Assembly (NCBI GenBank): GCA_963828255.1
Contig: CAWHDZ010000027.1
Coordinates: 64,001 to 128,000 of the forward strand
Direction: 5' to 3'
Source: an uncultured delta proteobacterium
GTDB taxonomy: Bacteria > Myxococcota > Myxococcia > Myxococcales > Anaeromyxobacteraceae
Length of the DNA: 64,000 nt
Under the pieces are notes generated by a model, which did not search any database, was not told the DNA's origin, and saw nothing but the letters and a program-made list of their open reading frames with translations. Positions 38,904-49,390 of the stretch are shown in pieces (within the stretch, counting starts at the first letter, position 1; each line of letters starts with the position of its first letter). A program made the position numbers and the translations under genes.

Positions 38904-40426
38904 GCGGCCCCCTCGGCCGCGCCCTGGTTGCCGGGCCACAGCCCGCTCATCCACTCGCCGACGAGCTCGACCGTGGCCTGGGGGGTGTCGATGGAGGGGG
39001 AGAGCCTTCCGCGCGCGATGACGTGGAGCCGGTCGGAGATCTCGAAGAGCTCCTCCAGCTCCTCCGAGACCACCAGCACGGCGCACCCGGCGTCGCGCAG
39101 CGCGATGAGCTCGGCCCGGATCTGCGCCGAGGCGCCGACGTCGACGCCCCAGGTGGGCTGCGCCACCACCAGCACCTTGGGGACGGCGTCGATCTCGCGA
39201 CCCACGATGTACTTCTGGAGGTTGCCGCCGGAGAGGCTCTTGGCCACCTGGCCGGGCCCCGACGCCTTGACGGCGAAGCGCCCGATGATCCCGCGGGTCT
39301 GCTGGCCCAGGAAGCGGCGGTCGATCCAGCCGGCCGCCCCGACCGCCTCCCTGCGGGTGAGGAGCATGTTGTTCGCCAGCGAGAATGCCGGCACGGCGCC
39401 GCGCCCGAGCCGCTCCTCGGGCACGAAGTGCAGCCCGAGCTTGCGCCGCGCCGCCGGCCCCTTGCGCCCGATGGACGTCCCGAAGAGCCGCACCATCCCG
39501 GCCTGGGCGCGGGGGTCCTCCCCGGAGAGGGTGGCGAGCAGCTCCTGCTGGCCGTTGCCGGAGATCCCGGCGACCCCCACGATCTCCCCCTCGCGCACCT
39601 CGAGCGAGACGCGGTCGAGGGGGACGCTGTAGCGGTCCCAGCGCTCGAGCGAGAGTTCGTTCACCGTGAGTGCAACAGCGCCGGGGCGGGGCGGGCGGTG
39701 CACCAGCACCGGCGGCTCGGCCCCGATCATCATCCGGGAGAGGCTGCCGGTGGTCTCGCGCGAGGGGTCGCAGGTCCCCACCACGCGCCCCCCGCGGAGC
39801 ACCGTGCAGGCGGTGCAGAGGGCGCGGATCTCGTCGAGCTTGTGGCTGATGTAGAGGATGGAGCATCCCGTGGCGGCGAGCCTGCGGAGGGTGACGAAGA
39901 GCTTTCCCACCGCCTGCGGGGTGAGCACCGAGGTGGGCTCGTCGAGGATGAGGAGCCGGGGCTCGGCGAGGAGCGCCCGCACGATCTCCACCCGCTGCCG
40001 CTCCCCCACCGAGAGCACGTGGACGGGCTTTCCCGGATCGAGGTCGAGCCCGTACTCGGCCGCCTTGGCCTGGATGCCGCGGGTCACCTCGTCGAGCGAG
40101 ACCTTGCCATCCATGCCCAGCCAGACGTTCTCGGCGACGGAGAGCGAGTCGAACAGGGAGAAGTGCTGGAACACCATGGCGATGCCCAGCGCACGGGCCT
40201 CGTGGGGGTTCCGGACGGAGACCGGCCGGCCGTCCCAGGTGATCTCCCCCTCGTCGGGGCGCAGGGCGCCGTAGACGATCTTCACCAGGGTGGACTTGCC
40301 GGCCCCGTTCTCCCCGAGGACCGCGTGGATCTCCCCCGGCTGCACGGAGAGCGCCACGTCGTCGTTGGCGACGAGCGCGCCGAAGCGCTTCGTCACGTGG
40401 GCGAGCTGCAGGCGGGGGGGTGTCAC
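38900..40426 (-). CDS. Nucleoside/sugar ABC transporter ATP-binding protein (duplicated NBD)
   Basis: GENGAGKST, LSVGERQR, LILDEPT, LSGGNLQK and QPTWGVD. Confidence 0.95.
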   Translation of the reverse strand: MTPPRLQLAHVTKRFGALVANDDVALSVQPGEIHAVLGENGAGKSTLVKIVYGALRPDEGEITWDGRPVSVRNPHEARALGIAMVFQHFSLFDSLSVAENVWLGMDGKVSLDEVTRGIQAKAAEYGLDLDPGKPVHVLSVGERQRVEIVRALLAEPRLLILDEPTSVLTPQAVGKLFVTLRRLAATGCSILYISHKLDEIRALCTACTVLRGGRVVGTCDPSRETTGSLSRMMIGAEPPVLVHRPPRPGAVALTVNELSLERWDRYSVPLDRVSLEVREGEIVGVAGISGNGQQELLATLSGEDPRAQAGMVRLFGTSIGRKGPAARRKLGLHFVPEERLGRGAVPAFSLANNMLLTRREAVGAAGWIDRRFLGQQTRGIIGRFAVKASGPGQVAKSLSGGNLQKYIVGREIDAVPKVLVVAQPTWGVDVGASAQIRAELIALRDAGCAVLVVSEELEELFEISDRLHVIARGRLSPSIDTPQATVELVGEWMSGLWPGNQGAAEGAA

Positions 40427-40442
40427 GAACGGTCCGGCCCGG

Positions 40443-40952
40443 TCACTTGCCGCTGCGCTGCGCCTTGATGGGGGAGACGAACCGGTAGTCGATGTCCCAG
40501 GGGAAGTAGATCCACTTCTCCTGCTTGAACTCCTTCACGAAGGTGTCCACCACCGGGCGCCCCATGGGCTTCGCGTAGAGGCAGGCGAAGTGGGCCCTGG
40601 GCAGCCGCTCCCGCACCGCCCGGGCCGTTCCGCCGGTGTCCACCAGGTCGTCGATGAGGAGCCAGCCCTCGCCGTCTCCCTCGACGGTCTTGAGCCACTT
40701 GAGCTTCCCCTGGGTCTTGGCCTCGACGCCGGGATCGGTGGTGCCGTAGCTGACCACGCAGACCGTGTCGACGAGCCGGATGTCGAGCTCGCGGGCCACC
40801 AGCGCCGCCGGCACGAGGCCGCCGCGCGCGATGGCGATGATGCCCTTCCACTCGCCCATGTCGTGCAGCACCTGCGAGAGGTAGCGCGCGTCGCGGTGCA
40901 GCTCGACCCACGAGATGATGATCTCGTCCTTGTACGGATTCGACTCGGGCAT
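40443..40952 (-). CDS. gpt: Xanthine-guanine phosphoribosyltransferase
   Basis: ISWVELHRDAR, AIARGGLVPA, IDDLVDTGGT and WIYFPWD. Confidence 0.93.
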   Translation of the reverse strand: MPESNPYKDEIIISWVELHRDARYLSQVLHDMGEWKGIIAIARGGLVPAALVARELDIRLVDTVCVVSYGTTDPGVEAKTQGKLKWLKTVEGDGEGWLLIDDLVDTGGTARAVRERLPRAHFACLYAKPMGRPVVDTFVKEFKQEKWIYFPWDIDYRFVSPIKAQRSGK

Positions 40953-41010
40953 CCCGCCTTGTAGATCGCCGGGCTGACGCTTTCCAGGCCCGAGTGAACG
41001 GGGATGCGCC

Positions 41011-41607
41011 CTAGCCGACCATCGCCAGCGACGGCCCCATCTGGTCGCGCACCGTGGGGCGGCGCATCACGGCCCGCTCCCACCGCGCCAGCCGCGCCAG
41101 GCCGAGCGGGGTGGGGCGCCAGTCGAGCGGCAGCTTGGCCATGAAGGAGGCCAGCGCCAGGTCGGCGACGGAGAGCTCGCCGAGCAGGAACCCTTCCTCC
41201 GGGACCTCGGCGTCGAGCTCGGCCATGGCCTGCCGGGTGGCGGCCAGCGCCTGGACCCGCTCCTCGGGGGTGCCGCGGGCGATCTTCGCCAGGTGGGGCG
41301 CGAAGAGGGCATCCACGCGCTCGTAGGCCTTCACGACGGCCTCCCGGCCCGGCCGGGCCGGGAAGAGCGGCGGGTACGGCCATCGCCTGCAGAGGTGCTC
41401 GAGGATCGCGAGCGACCCGACCACCACGTCGTCGCCGTCCACCAGCACCGGGACGGCACCCTTTGGATTGAGCCCCAGCAGGTCGGGCGGCTTCGACCCG
41501 GGGTCGAGCTGGCGGGAACGGTAGGGCACTCCCTTCTCGGCAAGCGCTCCCCGCACGCGCATGCAATAGGGACACGCCCAGGCGTGCCAGAGTTCCATCA
41601 TCTTCAT
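41011..41607 (-). CDS. Glutathione S-transferase family protein
   Basis: CPYC, LNPKGAVPVL, SLAILEHL and FLLGELSVAD. Confidence 0.88.
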   Translation of the reverse strand: MKMMELWHAWACPYCMRVRGALAEKGVPYRSRQLDPGSKPPDLLGLNPKGAVPVLVDGDDVVVGSLAILEHLCRRWPYPPLFPARPGREAVVKAYERVDALFAPHLAKIARGTPEERVQALAATRQAMAELDAEVPEEGFLLGELSVADLALASFMAKLPLDWRPTPLGLARLARWERAVMRRPTVRDQMGPSLAMVG

Positions 41608-41748
41608 CTCTCCCGGTGGCGCCGTACCCGTCTCCCACGGGTTAGCGGCCTGTTTCGATGGACCGGGGTCAAGCGTAATTGGGACATCGACCCTTGTCCA
41701 GGGGACAGGGCCCGCCCCAGTGGGGGCGTCCGGTGGTGCGTTTCGGAC

Positions 41749-44640
41749 CTATCCCAGGATGGCCTTCAGGTACTCGGTCGTCCGGGCGCGCCGCTCCCGC
41801 TCGATCTCCTTCGGATCGACGGCGACGAACTTCTCGTCGGGCGCGATCTTGAAGAGGGGCTGCCCCTTCTGGACGATGGTCCCGTCCGGGCCGGTGAGGA
41901 TGATCTTCTCCACCGTGCCGGAGAACGGCGCCCGGACGGTGTTGAACATCTTCATCACCTCGATGATGTAGAGCGCCTGCCCCTTCTCGAAGTGCATGCC
42001 CTCGTGGACGAAGGGCGGCTTCCCCGGGCCCTCCTGGCCGTAGTACATGCCGCCGCACATGGCCACGATCTCGTCGGCCTTGGTGGAGGGCGGCGGCACC
42101 AGGATCTTCTTCATCCGGGCCTGGAGATCGGGGTCGGCCAGGTAGCCGGGGATGGTGACGTCGAGGTTCTCCTCGACCCGGAAGTCGAAGAACTTCACCT
42201 GCTCGGCCAGCATGAAGAGGAGCCCGAGCAGCTCGTTGCCCGCCTCGTAGCCCAGGTGGGCCGAGCGGATGCGGCTCCAGACGTCGGCGCCGTAGCCGCC
42301 CTGCGGGGCCTCGTTCTCCAGGATCTCGGCCAGCTTCCAGAACTCCTGCTTGTCGAGGCCGAAGGTCTTGCGCAGCTCCTGGTAGAAGCGGATCGACTTC
42401 TGCAGCAGCTCGTGGTCGTGCTGCCAGATCACCTCGGCCGCCGGCGCCTTCGGGTCGAAGGCCATGTTCAGGTAGTCGTAGGTGTCGTTGAGCACGCCCA
42501 GCGGGTTGCGCAGCCAGAAGAGCTTGCCGTTGCGGATCTCGTAGTTCTTGCGGTTCAGCGCGAGCCAGCCCGAGAAGAGGTGCGGGTCTTCGAGCAGCCG
42601 CTCCATGGGACGGGTGAGGAGCGTGCCCTTCCGGTCGAGCACGTCGGCGACGGCCTTGAGCGCGGCCGGGTCGTCGGGAAACTCGGCGACGGCCTTCTTC
42701 GCGTAGCTCTTCTTCATCTCGGCGAAGGCGAAGGCCACGTCGAGCTTGTTGGACTCGTCCTTGAGCTGCCCCACCAGCGTCAGGTAGGGCACCACGAACC
42801 GGGTGGTGGGCTTCGCCATCACGTTCTGCCCGATGAACCAGTTCACCAGCCCGTAGTGGAACTCGAGGTTGGTGGCGAGGCCGACGCCGCGCAGGCTGGT
42901 GCGGGAGATGACCTGGGAGAGCCTCTGGTAGCTCTCCAGCCGGTCCTTCCCCTCGGTGAGGAGCAGCGCGATGTTGGAGTCGTATGCGCCGGCCACCCGG
43001 TAGCGCATGAACATGCCGGTGTCGGGGTTCACCAGGCTGATTCCCTGGTCGTCCCGGATCTCGCCCGGGATGGGCTTCGACCAGAAGCGGATGACACCGC
43101 CGGCGTGCGGCGAGAGCGAGGCGTCGGTGGCGTTCAGGCGGGCCTCGGCGGAGGCGCCGAATCGGGGGATGCGGGTGGGCCTGGGCAGCCGCGCCTTGTG
43201 CCGGGCCAGGAGCGCCATGGCCTCCACCAGCGACTCGACGACGAAGGAGTCCTTGGGGTCGTCGGGGTTGGTGAAGCGCAGGCTGTAGCAGAGCTCGGTG
43301 ACCCGGTGCTCCACCTGGATGCGGGTGTTCACCTCCATGAAGTAGTAGCGGTCCCGGTCCACGATGCACTCGAAGGTGGACGCGGAGTCGAGGCCCACCG
43401 CCTCGCCGAAGCGGGCCGCGTCGTCCTCCATGCGCTTCAGGATCTCCAGATCCGTGGCCAGCGCCTTGGCCTCGGCGGCGCGACCGGCCTTGCTCGCCGA
43501 CGCGATGGCCGCGGCGAGCCCCTCCTGGGTCACCGAGATCTCGAGCAGCTTCTGCTCGTGCATCTGCAGGGAGCAGTCGCGCCCGCCCATGGGAACGCAC
43601 CACTTGCCGTTGCCGAGCAGCTGGATCTCGTTGTGGCGGGTCTGCTCGATGTTGAGCTCGACGAGGACGTTCTTGTTGTCGCCGACGCCGTTGGCCTTCA
43701 CCTCGTTCAGGACCTCGCGCACCATGGCCGGCGCCTCGGCCGCGGCCTCGGCGATGGCCTTCGAGTCCGCGTCCTTCCGGATGAGCAGCGCCCCGCCCAG
43801 GATGCGCTGCCCCTTGCCGCCGCCGCCGCCGATGGCCTTGATGCGCACCCGGCTCTGCGGGTGCTTGGTGAACATGTCCACGACTTCCTTGCGGACCTGC
43901 TCGCCCAGCTCGTCGACGGTGTAGAGGTCGATGCCCTTGGCGTAGGAGGCCATGAGCACGGCGTCGGCCAGGGTCTCGAGGGGGAGCTTCTCGTTCCCGA
44001 GCACCTTGGGATCCACCGCCAGTTGCTCCGACTCGGCCAGCGCCAGCAGCTGCTTGCGGGTGGGGTGGCGGGAGAGCAGCGTGCGCGCAGCGACGTCGTT
44101 CACGCCCGGCGTCACCGAGACCTTCACCTCGAGCGCGGTCCGCTTGGCCTCGTCCTTCTTGCCGGCGCGGGCCTGGGTCACCGAGTTGGGGCCGATGAAC
44201 TTCAGGCCCGCCTTCTCGAGGGTGGCCACGAACTCCTCGTCCTCGGCCATGAAGCCGTAGCCGGCGAAGACCGAGTCGTAGCCGTTGTCCCGGGCGATCT
44301 GCACGATCTGCTGCATGCGCTCGACCCGCTCCTCCTTGGAGGCGCCGGAGTAGTCGGGCACCCGGTGGACGCGGCGGTTGTCGCTGAGCTGGCGCAGTTC
44401 GGGGGCGAGCGCGTTGGGGTAGACGATCGAGTCCTTCTCGGAGAGCAGGATCCCGTAGTGGGCGATCCCCATCTCCTCGAAGACGTCCATGGCCTCCTTG
44501 CGGATGGGGCCGCGGCAGACGATGAGCGGCTTCAGGTCCTCGCACGCGAAGGAGCGCACCCAGGGCGAGGGCGACAGCCCGAGCCGCCGGTCGCGGTGGA
44601 TGAGGGGGTTGTTGCGGTAGAGGTCGGCGGTGTCGGCCAT
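41749..44640 (-). CDS. Biotin carboxylase-biotin carrier fusion (acyl-CoA carboxylase alpha subunit), 963 aa
   Basis: AGYGFMAE, KAIGGGGGKG, RDCSLQMHEQK, FMEVNTRIQVEH and C-terminal EVMKM biotinylation motif. Confidence 0.93.
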   Translation of the reverse strand: MADTADLYRNNPLIHRDRRLGLSPSPWVRSFACEDLKPLIVCRGPIRKEAMDVFEEMGIAHYGILLSEKDSIVYPNALAPELRQLSDNRRVHRVPDYSGASKEERVERMQQIVQIARDNGYDSVFAGYGFMAEDEEFVATLEKAGLKFIGPNSVTQARAGKKDEAKRTALEVKVSVTPGVNDVAARTLLSRHPTRKQLLALAESEQLAVDPKVLGNEKLPLETLADAVLMASYAKGIDLYTVDELGEQVRKEVVDMFTKHPQSRVRIKAIGGGGGKGQRILGGALLIRKDADSKAIAEAAAEAPAMVREVLNEVKANGVGDNKNVLVELNIEQTRHNEIQLLGNGKWCVPMGGRDCSLQMHEQKLLEISVTQEGLAAAIASASKAGRAAEAKALATDLEILKRMEDDAARFGEAVGLDSASTFECIVDRDRYYFMEVNTRIQVEHRVTELCYSLRFTNPDDPKDSFVVESLVEAMALLARHKARLPRPTRIPRFGASAEARLNATDASLSPHAGGVIRFWSKPIPGEIRDDQGISLVNPDTGMFMRYRVAGAYDSNIALLLTEGKDRLESYQRLSQVISRTSLRGVGLATNLEFHYGLVNWFIGQNVMAKPTTRFVVPYLTLVGQLKDESNKLDVAFAFAEMKKSYAKKAVAEFPDDPAALKAVADVLDRKGTLLTRPMERLLEDPHLFSGWLALNRKNYEIRNGKLFWLRNPLGVLNDTYDYLNMAFDPKAPAAEVIWQHDHELLQKSIRFYQELRKTFGLDKQEFWKLAEILENEAPQGGYGADVWSRIRSAHLGYEAGNELLGLLFMLAEQVKFFDFRVEENLDVTIPGYLADPDLQARMKKILVPPPSTKADEIVAMCGGMYYGQEGPGKPPFVHEGMHFEKGQALYIIEVMKMFNTVRAPFSGTVEKIILTGPDGTIVQKGQPLFKIAPDEKFVAVDPKEIERERRARTTEYLKAILG

Positions 44641-44683
44641 CGTGGAGGTCTCCGGAGTCGAGGTCGGGGGTGGTGGCCGGACG

Positions 44684-46408
44684 TCAGTGGAACTCGCGCT
44701 GCGGGCCGCCCATCGGCGACGGCTTGTAGTGGCGGAGCATGAAGTGGAGGTTCTTGCCCAGGGCCTCGCGGAGGTCGGTGGGCATGACCAGCGAGGAGAT
44801 GGAGCCGAGCGCCAGCCCCTCCTTCGGGTTCATGAGCTCCTTCTCGTAGCGCTTGTTGAGCGCCGCCTCCTGCTGCTTCAGCCACTCGGCGGCCTCCCTC
44901 TCGGCGTCCTTCTTGGCCGGAGGCCCCTCCATTCCGGCGGCGGTGCGGGCGGCCACGCCCTTCTTCACCATGTCGGCGGCGCCGGCGCGGATCTTCCGGA
45001 CCTCGTCCTTGTAGACGAACTCCTTCCCGGCCGGCCCCATGACCGCGAGGCGGGTGGTGGGGAGCGCCAGCACCAGGTCGGCGCCGGTGGGGTAGTTGTT
45101 GTAGGAGGCGTAGGCGCCGCCGAAGGCGTTGCGCAGGATGAGCAGGATGCGCGGGGTGCGCACGTCCACGATGGAGTCGAGCATGGAGCGGCCGGCCCCG
45201 ACGATGCCGCGGGCCTCCTGCTCGCGCCCCGGCAGGAAGCCGGTGGTGTCCTCCATGAAGATGATGGGGATGTTGTAGATGTTGCAGAAGCGCACGAACC
45301 TCGCGATCTTCAGCGCCGAGTCGCAGTCGATCTGGCCGGAGGAGACCGCGCTGTTGTTGGCCACGAACCCCACCACGTGGCCGCCCAGGCGGCCGAAGGC
45401 GGTGACCGCCTCCTTGGCCCGCTCCGGCTGCAGCTCGAAGTAGTCGCCGTAGTCGCAGACCTGCTGGATGATGATCGAGACGTCGAAGGGCGTGTTGAAG
45501 CCGGTCGGCGAGTTGAAGGCCTTCTTGAGGAGGGTGTTGATCTCCCAGGTCTTGCGGTCGAGCGGGTCGGTGGTCTCCTGGAAGGGCGCCAGCACGCCGT
45601 TGTTGTCGGGGATGTAGGCGAGGAGCCGCACCGCCTGGCGCAGCGCCGCCAGCTCGTCCTGCACCGTGAGGTCGGCCACGCCCGAGTTGCCGTGCACCTT
45701 GGGGCCGCCCAGGTCCTCTGGCGTGATGTCCTCGCCCAGCACCGACTTCACCACGCCCGGCCCGGTCAGGCCGAAGAAGGTGTCGTTGGGCTGGATGACG
45801 AAGCTGCCCTGGCGCGGCAGGTACGAGCCGCCGCCGGCGTTGAAGCCGAACATGCACATGATGGAGGGGACCACGCCGCTGATCTTGCGCAGCGCCGTGA
45901 AGGCCTCGGCGTATCCGTCGAGACCGCCCACCCCGGCGGGCACGAAGGCGCCGGCCGAGTCGTTCATGCCGATGAGCGGGATGCCGCGCTCGCCGGCCAG
46001 GCGGAAGAGCTTGGCCAGCTTGGTGCCGTTGGTGGCGTCCATCGACCCTGCACGGACCGTGAAATCGTGCCCGTAGACCGCCACGTCGCGCCCGCCGATG
46101 TCCACCACCGCGGTGACCAGCGAGGCGCCGTCGAGGTTCTTGCCCCAGTTCTGGAAGAGGACCAGGGGGTTCTTGTCGGAGAGCACCCGCATGCGCTCCC
46201 AGACGGTCATGCGCTTCTTGGCGTGCTGCTTCTCGATCTGGTCGATGGCGACCGACCGGATGGGGCGCTGGATGAGGTCCCAGCCCTCCTTCATGGCCTC
46301 CTCGTAGGGGCCTGTGGCCCGGGCGATCTCGCCGGGGATGTTGAAGTCCACCTTCTCGGGAGGGTCGAGAGGGTTCTGCAGGGTCGGCTTGACGGGGCGC
46401 TTGGACAT
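44684..46408 (-). CDS. Carboxyltransferase (acyl-CoA carboxylase beta subunit)
   Basis: [40 protein letters not shown] and AFGGAY; start placed at ATG 46408 after GGAGG. Confidence 0.93.
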   Translation of the reverse strand: MSKRPVKPTLQNPLDPPEKVDFNIPGEIARATGPYEEAMKEGWDLIQRPIRSVAIDQIEKQHAKKRMTVWERMRVLSDKNPLVLFQNWGKNLDGASLVTAVVDIGGRDVAVYGHDFTVRAGSMDATNGTKLAKLFRLAGERGIPLIGMNDSAGAFVPAGVGGLDGYAEAFTALRKISGVVPSIMCMFGFNAGGGSYLPRQGSFVIQPNDTFFGLTGPGVVKSVLGEDITPEDLGGPKVHGNSGVADLTVQDELAALRQAVRLLAYIPDNNGVLAPFQETTDPLDRKTWEINTLLKKAFNSPTGFNTPFDVSIIIQQVCDYGDYFELQPERAKEAVTAFGRLGGHVVGFVANNSAVSSGQIDCDSALKIARFVRFCNIYNIPIIFMEDTTGFLPGREQEARGIVGAGRSMLDSIVDVRTPRILLILRNAFGGAYASYNNYPTGADLVLALPTTRLAVMGPAGKEFVYKDEVRKIRAGAADMVKKGVAARTAAGMEGPPAKKDAEREAAEWLKQQEAALNKRYEKELMNPKEGLALGSISSLVMPTDLREALGKNLHFMLRHYKPSPMGGPQREFH

Positions 46409-46599
46409 GGGCTCGGGACCTCCGACCGCGGGGAGCGCTGGGGCGCGAAAAAAAGGAAGCGGATTGTGGCAAGCCCGGGCCAGACCGGCAAGGTCTTCCG
46501 GCGCGATCCTGCGCGCGCCGATGACGCATCGCGCCGTGATCGGGGTTGATCGGATCACTAGGATGCCTGCTCCGCGGAGTCACCTGGGGCAGGGAGCGC

Positions 46600-47403
46600 A
46601 TGACGGGATCACCGGTCGTCGAGAGCGAGGGCCGGGACATCCTGTCGGTCGAGGGGCTTTCGCTCTCCTTCGGGGGACTGGCCGCCCTGGCCGACGTGGA
46701 CCTCTCGGTCCGGCAGGGCTCGATCACCGGGATCATCGGCCCCAACGGCGCGGGGAAGACGAGCCTCCTCAACTGCATCTCCGGCTTCTACCACCCGCAG
46801 CGGGGACGGGTGACCTTCGACGGCAAGGACGTCACCCGCGTGGCCCCGGACCGCCGCGCCGCGCTGGGCATCGGACGGACCTTCCAGAACGTGGCCCTCT
46901 TCGAGGGCATGAGCGTCCTCGACAACGTGAAGCTGGGGGCCCACGCGCGGCTCTCCTCGGGGATCCTCTCCACCATGGCATTCACTCCTGGTGCACGGCG
47001 CGAGGAGCTCCAGCTGCGCGAGCAGGTGGAGAACGAGGTCTTCGACTTCCTGGAGATCGAGCACCTGCGCAACCGCACGGTGGGCAGCCTGGCCTACGGC
47101 CTGCAGAAGCGGGTCGACCTGGCGCGCGCCCTGGCCATGCGGCCGCGGATCCTGCTCCTCGACGAGCCGGTGGCCGGCATGAACGAGGAGGAGACCGAGG
47201 ACATGGCCCGCTTCATCCTCGACGTCCAGGAGGAGCGGGGCGTGACCATCGTCCTCATCGAGCACGACATGGGCGTGGTCATGGACCTGTGCGACCGCAT
47301 CGCCGTGCTCTCCTTCGGCGAGCGCATCGCCGCCGGCACCCCCGACGAGATCCGGCGCGACCCCGAGGTGATCCGCGCCTACCTGGGCGAGGAAGCGGCG
47401 TGA
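46600..47403 (+). CDS. HAAT-family ABC ATP-binding protein (LivG-like)
   Basis: GPNGAGKTS, RTFQN, LAYGLQKR, LLDEP and EVIRAYLG. Confidence 0.94.
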   Translation: MTGSPVVESEGRDILSVEGLSLSFGGLAALADVDLSVRQGSITGIIGPNGAGKTSLLNCISGFYHPQRGRVTFDGKDVTRVAPDRRAALGIGRTFQNVALFEGMSVLDNVKLGAHARLSSGILSTMAFTPGARREELQLREQVENEVFDFLEIEHLRNRTVGSLAYGLQKRVDLARALAMRPRILLLDEPVAGMNEEETEDMARFILDVQEERGVTIVLIEHDMGVVMDLCDRIAVLSFGERIAAGTPDEIRRDPEVIRAYLGEEAA

Positions 47404-47410
47404 CGGATCC

Positions 47411-48310
47411 ATGAGCGAGGGGCTCGTCCACCTGGTGCAGCTGCTGGTCTCCGGCGTGGTGACCGGGGGCATCTACGCGCTCGTCGCCATGGGCTTCGTC
47501 GTGGTCTACAAGGCCACCCGGGTCATCAACTTCGCCACCGGCGAGTTCATGATGCTGGGCGCCTTCTTCGCCTGGACCGCCATGGGCGCGCTGCAGGCCC
47601 CCTTCGTGGTGGCGCTGCTCGCGGCGGTGGCCGCCTCGGCGCTCCTCGGCATGGCCACCGAGCGGGTCGTGCTCCGCCCCCTGCTCGGCCAGCGCACCAT
47701 CTCGGTCATCATGGTGACCATCGGGCTGGCCGCCATCTTCAAGGGGCTGGCCCAGATCGCCTGGTCGGGGGACTACCGCACCTACCCGTCCATCTTCCCG
47801 CGGGCGCCCATCGAGCTCGGCCCCATCCTGATCCCCTCCCGCCAGTTCTACCCGTTCCTCATCGCCGTGGTGGCCATCGCCCTGGTGGGGCTGGGCTTCC
47901 GCTTCACCCGGACCGGCGTGGCCATGCGGGCCACCGCCGACGACCAGATGGCCGCCTTCGGAATGGGGATCGACATCCGGCGCGTCTTCTCCCTCTCCTG
48001 GAGCCTGGCCGCCATGACCGCGGCGGTGGCCGGGATCGTGGTGGGCATCATCGGCGGCATCAGCCCGCAGCTGGGCGCCATCGGCCTGCGTACCTTCCCG
48101 GTGGTCATCCTGGGCGGGCTCGACAGCATCGGCGGCGCCCTGGTGGGCGGGGTGATCATCGGGGTGCTCGAGAACCTGGCCGGCGGCTACGTGGACCCGC
48201 TCCTCGACGGCGCCTCCCTGAAGGAGGTCGTTCCCTTCGTGGTGCTGGTCTTCACGCTCATGGTGCGCCCCTACGGCCTCTTCGGCACGCGGGAGGTGGA
48301 GCGGCTCTGA
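47411..48310 (+). CDS. HAAT-family ABC permease (LivH-like)
   Basis: YKATRVINFATGE, VILGGLDS and RPYGLFG. Confidence 0.93.
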   Translation: MSEGLVHLVQLLVSGVVTGGIYALVAMGFVVVYKATRVINFATGEFMMLGAFFAWTAMGALQAPFVVALLAAVAASALLGMATERVVLRPLLGQRTISVIMVTIGLAAIFKGLAQIAWSGDYRTYPSIFPRAPIELGPILIPSRQFYPFLIAVVAIALVGLGFRFTRTGVAMRATADDQMAAFGMGIDIRRVFSLSWSLAAMTAAVAGIVVGIIGGISPQLGAIGLRTFPVVILGGLDSIGGALVGGVIIGVLENLAGGYVDPLLDGASLKEVVPFVVLVFTLMVRPYGLFGTREVERL

Positions 48311-48327
48311 CCGCCCTCCTGGACCCC

Positions 48328-49371
48328 GTGATCATCGGAAACTACAAGGAGAGCTACGCCTCGGACGAGGCCATCTTCCGGACCCCGGCCACCCGCGCCT
48401 GGATGGGCGCCGCCGCGATCGCCGCGCTCGTCTTCCCCTTCCTGGCCGGCGACTACCTGCTCTACCTGGCGAATCTGATGCTGGTGCTGGCGCTCTCCGC
48501 GCTGGGGCTCAACATCCTCATCGGATTCACCGGGCAGATCTCGCTGGGCCACGCCGCCTTCATGGGGGTGGGCGCCTACGCCACGGCCATCCTGGCCTCC
48601 CGCTTCGGCCTCCCCTTCTGGATCTCCATCCCGGCCGGCGGAGCGCTGGCCACCGGCGCCGGCATGGTGGTGGGGGCGCCGTCGCTCCGCATCAAGGGGC
48701 TCTACCTGGCCATCGCCACCCTCTCGGCCCAGGTCATCTTCGAGTGGGTCTTCACCAACTGGACCTCGGTGACCGGCGGCATCCGGGGGCTCAACGTGGC
48801 GCCGGCCTCGATCGCCGGCTTCCGGCTCGACACCGACGAGCGGATCTACTTCCTCATCCTCGGGGTGACGGTGGTCCACTTCCTGCTCGCCTCGAACCTG
48901 CGCCGCTCGCGCTGGGGTCGGGCCTTCGTGGCGGTGCGCGACCGGGACGTGGCCGCCGAGATCGTGGGCGTGAACCTCTTCCGCACCAAGATCCTGTCCT
49001 TCATGGTGTCGTCCTACTACGCCGGGATCGCCGGCGGCCTGTGGGTCTACTTCACCAAGGTGATCACGCCGGAGTCCTTCCCGCTCTCCCTCTCCATCCA
49101 GTTCCTGGCCATCGTCATCGTGGGCGGGCTGGGCTCGATCAAGGGGACGGTCTACGGAACCGTCTTCATGACGCTGCTCCCGGAGGTGCTCAAGGCCGGG
49201 ACCGGCCTGGCCCGCGTCGTCTGGCCCAACGCGCAGTCGTACCTCTTCCCGCTGCGCGACGTGGTCTTCGGCCTGCTCATCGTCGTCTTCTTGATCTTCG
49301 AGCCCCACGGGCTCGCCGAGGTGTGGAACCGCGTGAAACGCTTCTTCTCGCTGTGGCCGTTCGAGAAGTGA
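48328..49371 (+). CDS. HAAT-family ABC permease (LivM-like)
   Basis: GFTGQISLGHAAF, LRIKGLYLAIATL, GRAFVAVRD and VGGLGS. Confidence 0.93.
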   Translation: MIIGNYKESYASDEAIFRTPATRAWMGAAAIAALVFPFLAGDYLLYLANLMLVLALSALGLNILIGFTGQISLGHAAFMGVGAYATAILASRFGLPFWISIPAGGALATGAGMVVGAPSLRIKGLYLAIATLSAQVIFEWVFTNWTSVTGGIRGLNVAPASIAGFRLDTDERIYFLILGVTVVHFLLASNLRRSRWGRAFVAVRDRDVAAEIVGVNLFRTKILSFMVSSYYAGIAGGLWVYFTKVITPESFPLSLSIQFLAIVIVGGLGSIKGTVYGTVFMTLLPEVLKAGTGLARVVWPNAQSYLFPLRDVVFGLLIVVFLIFEPHGLAEVWNRVKRFFSLWPFEK

Positions 49372-49390
49372 AACGAAGGAGGAACCCCGC

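Noticed and set aside
35751..40952. gpt plus nucleoside ABC operon as a novel system
   Set aside because: A familiar purine uptake and salvage arrangement.
41293..44742. 1149-aa plus-strand ORF and many other long ORFs (e.g. 11618-15304, 32529-35561, 28021-30840)
   Set aside because: Antisense or off-frame shadows of well-supported genes. Stop codons are rare in high-GC DNA and the translations lack motifs.
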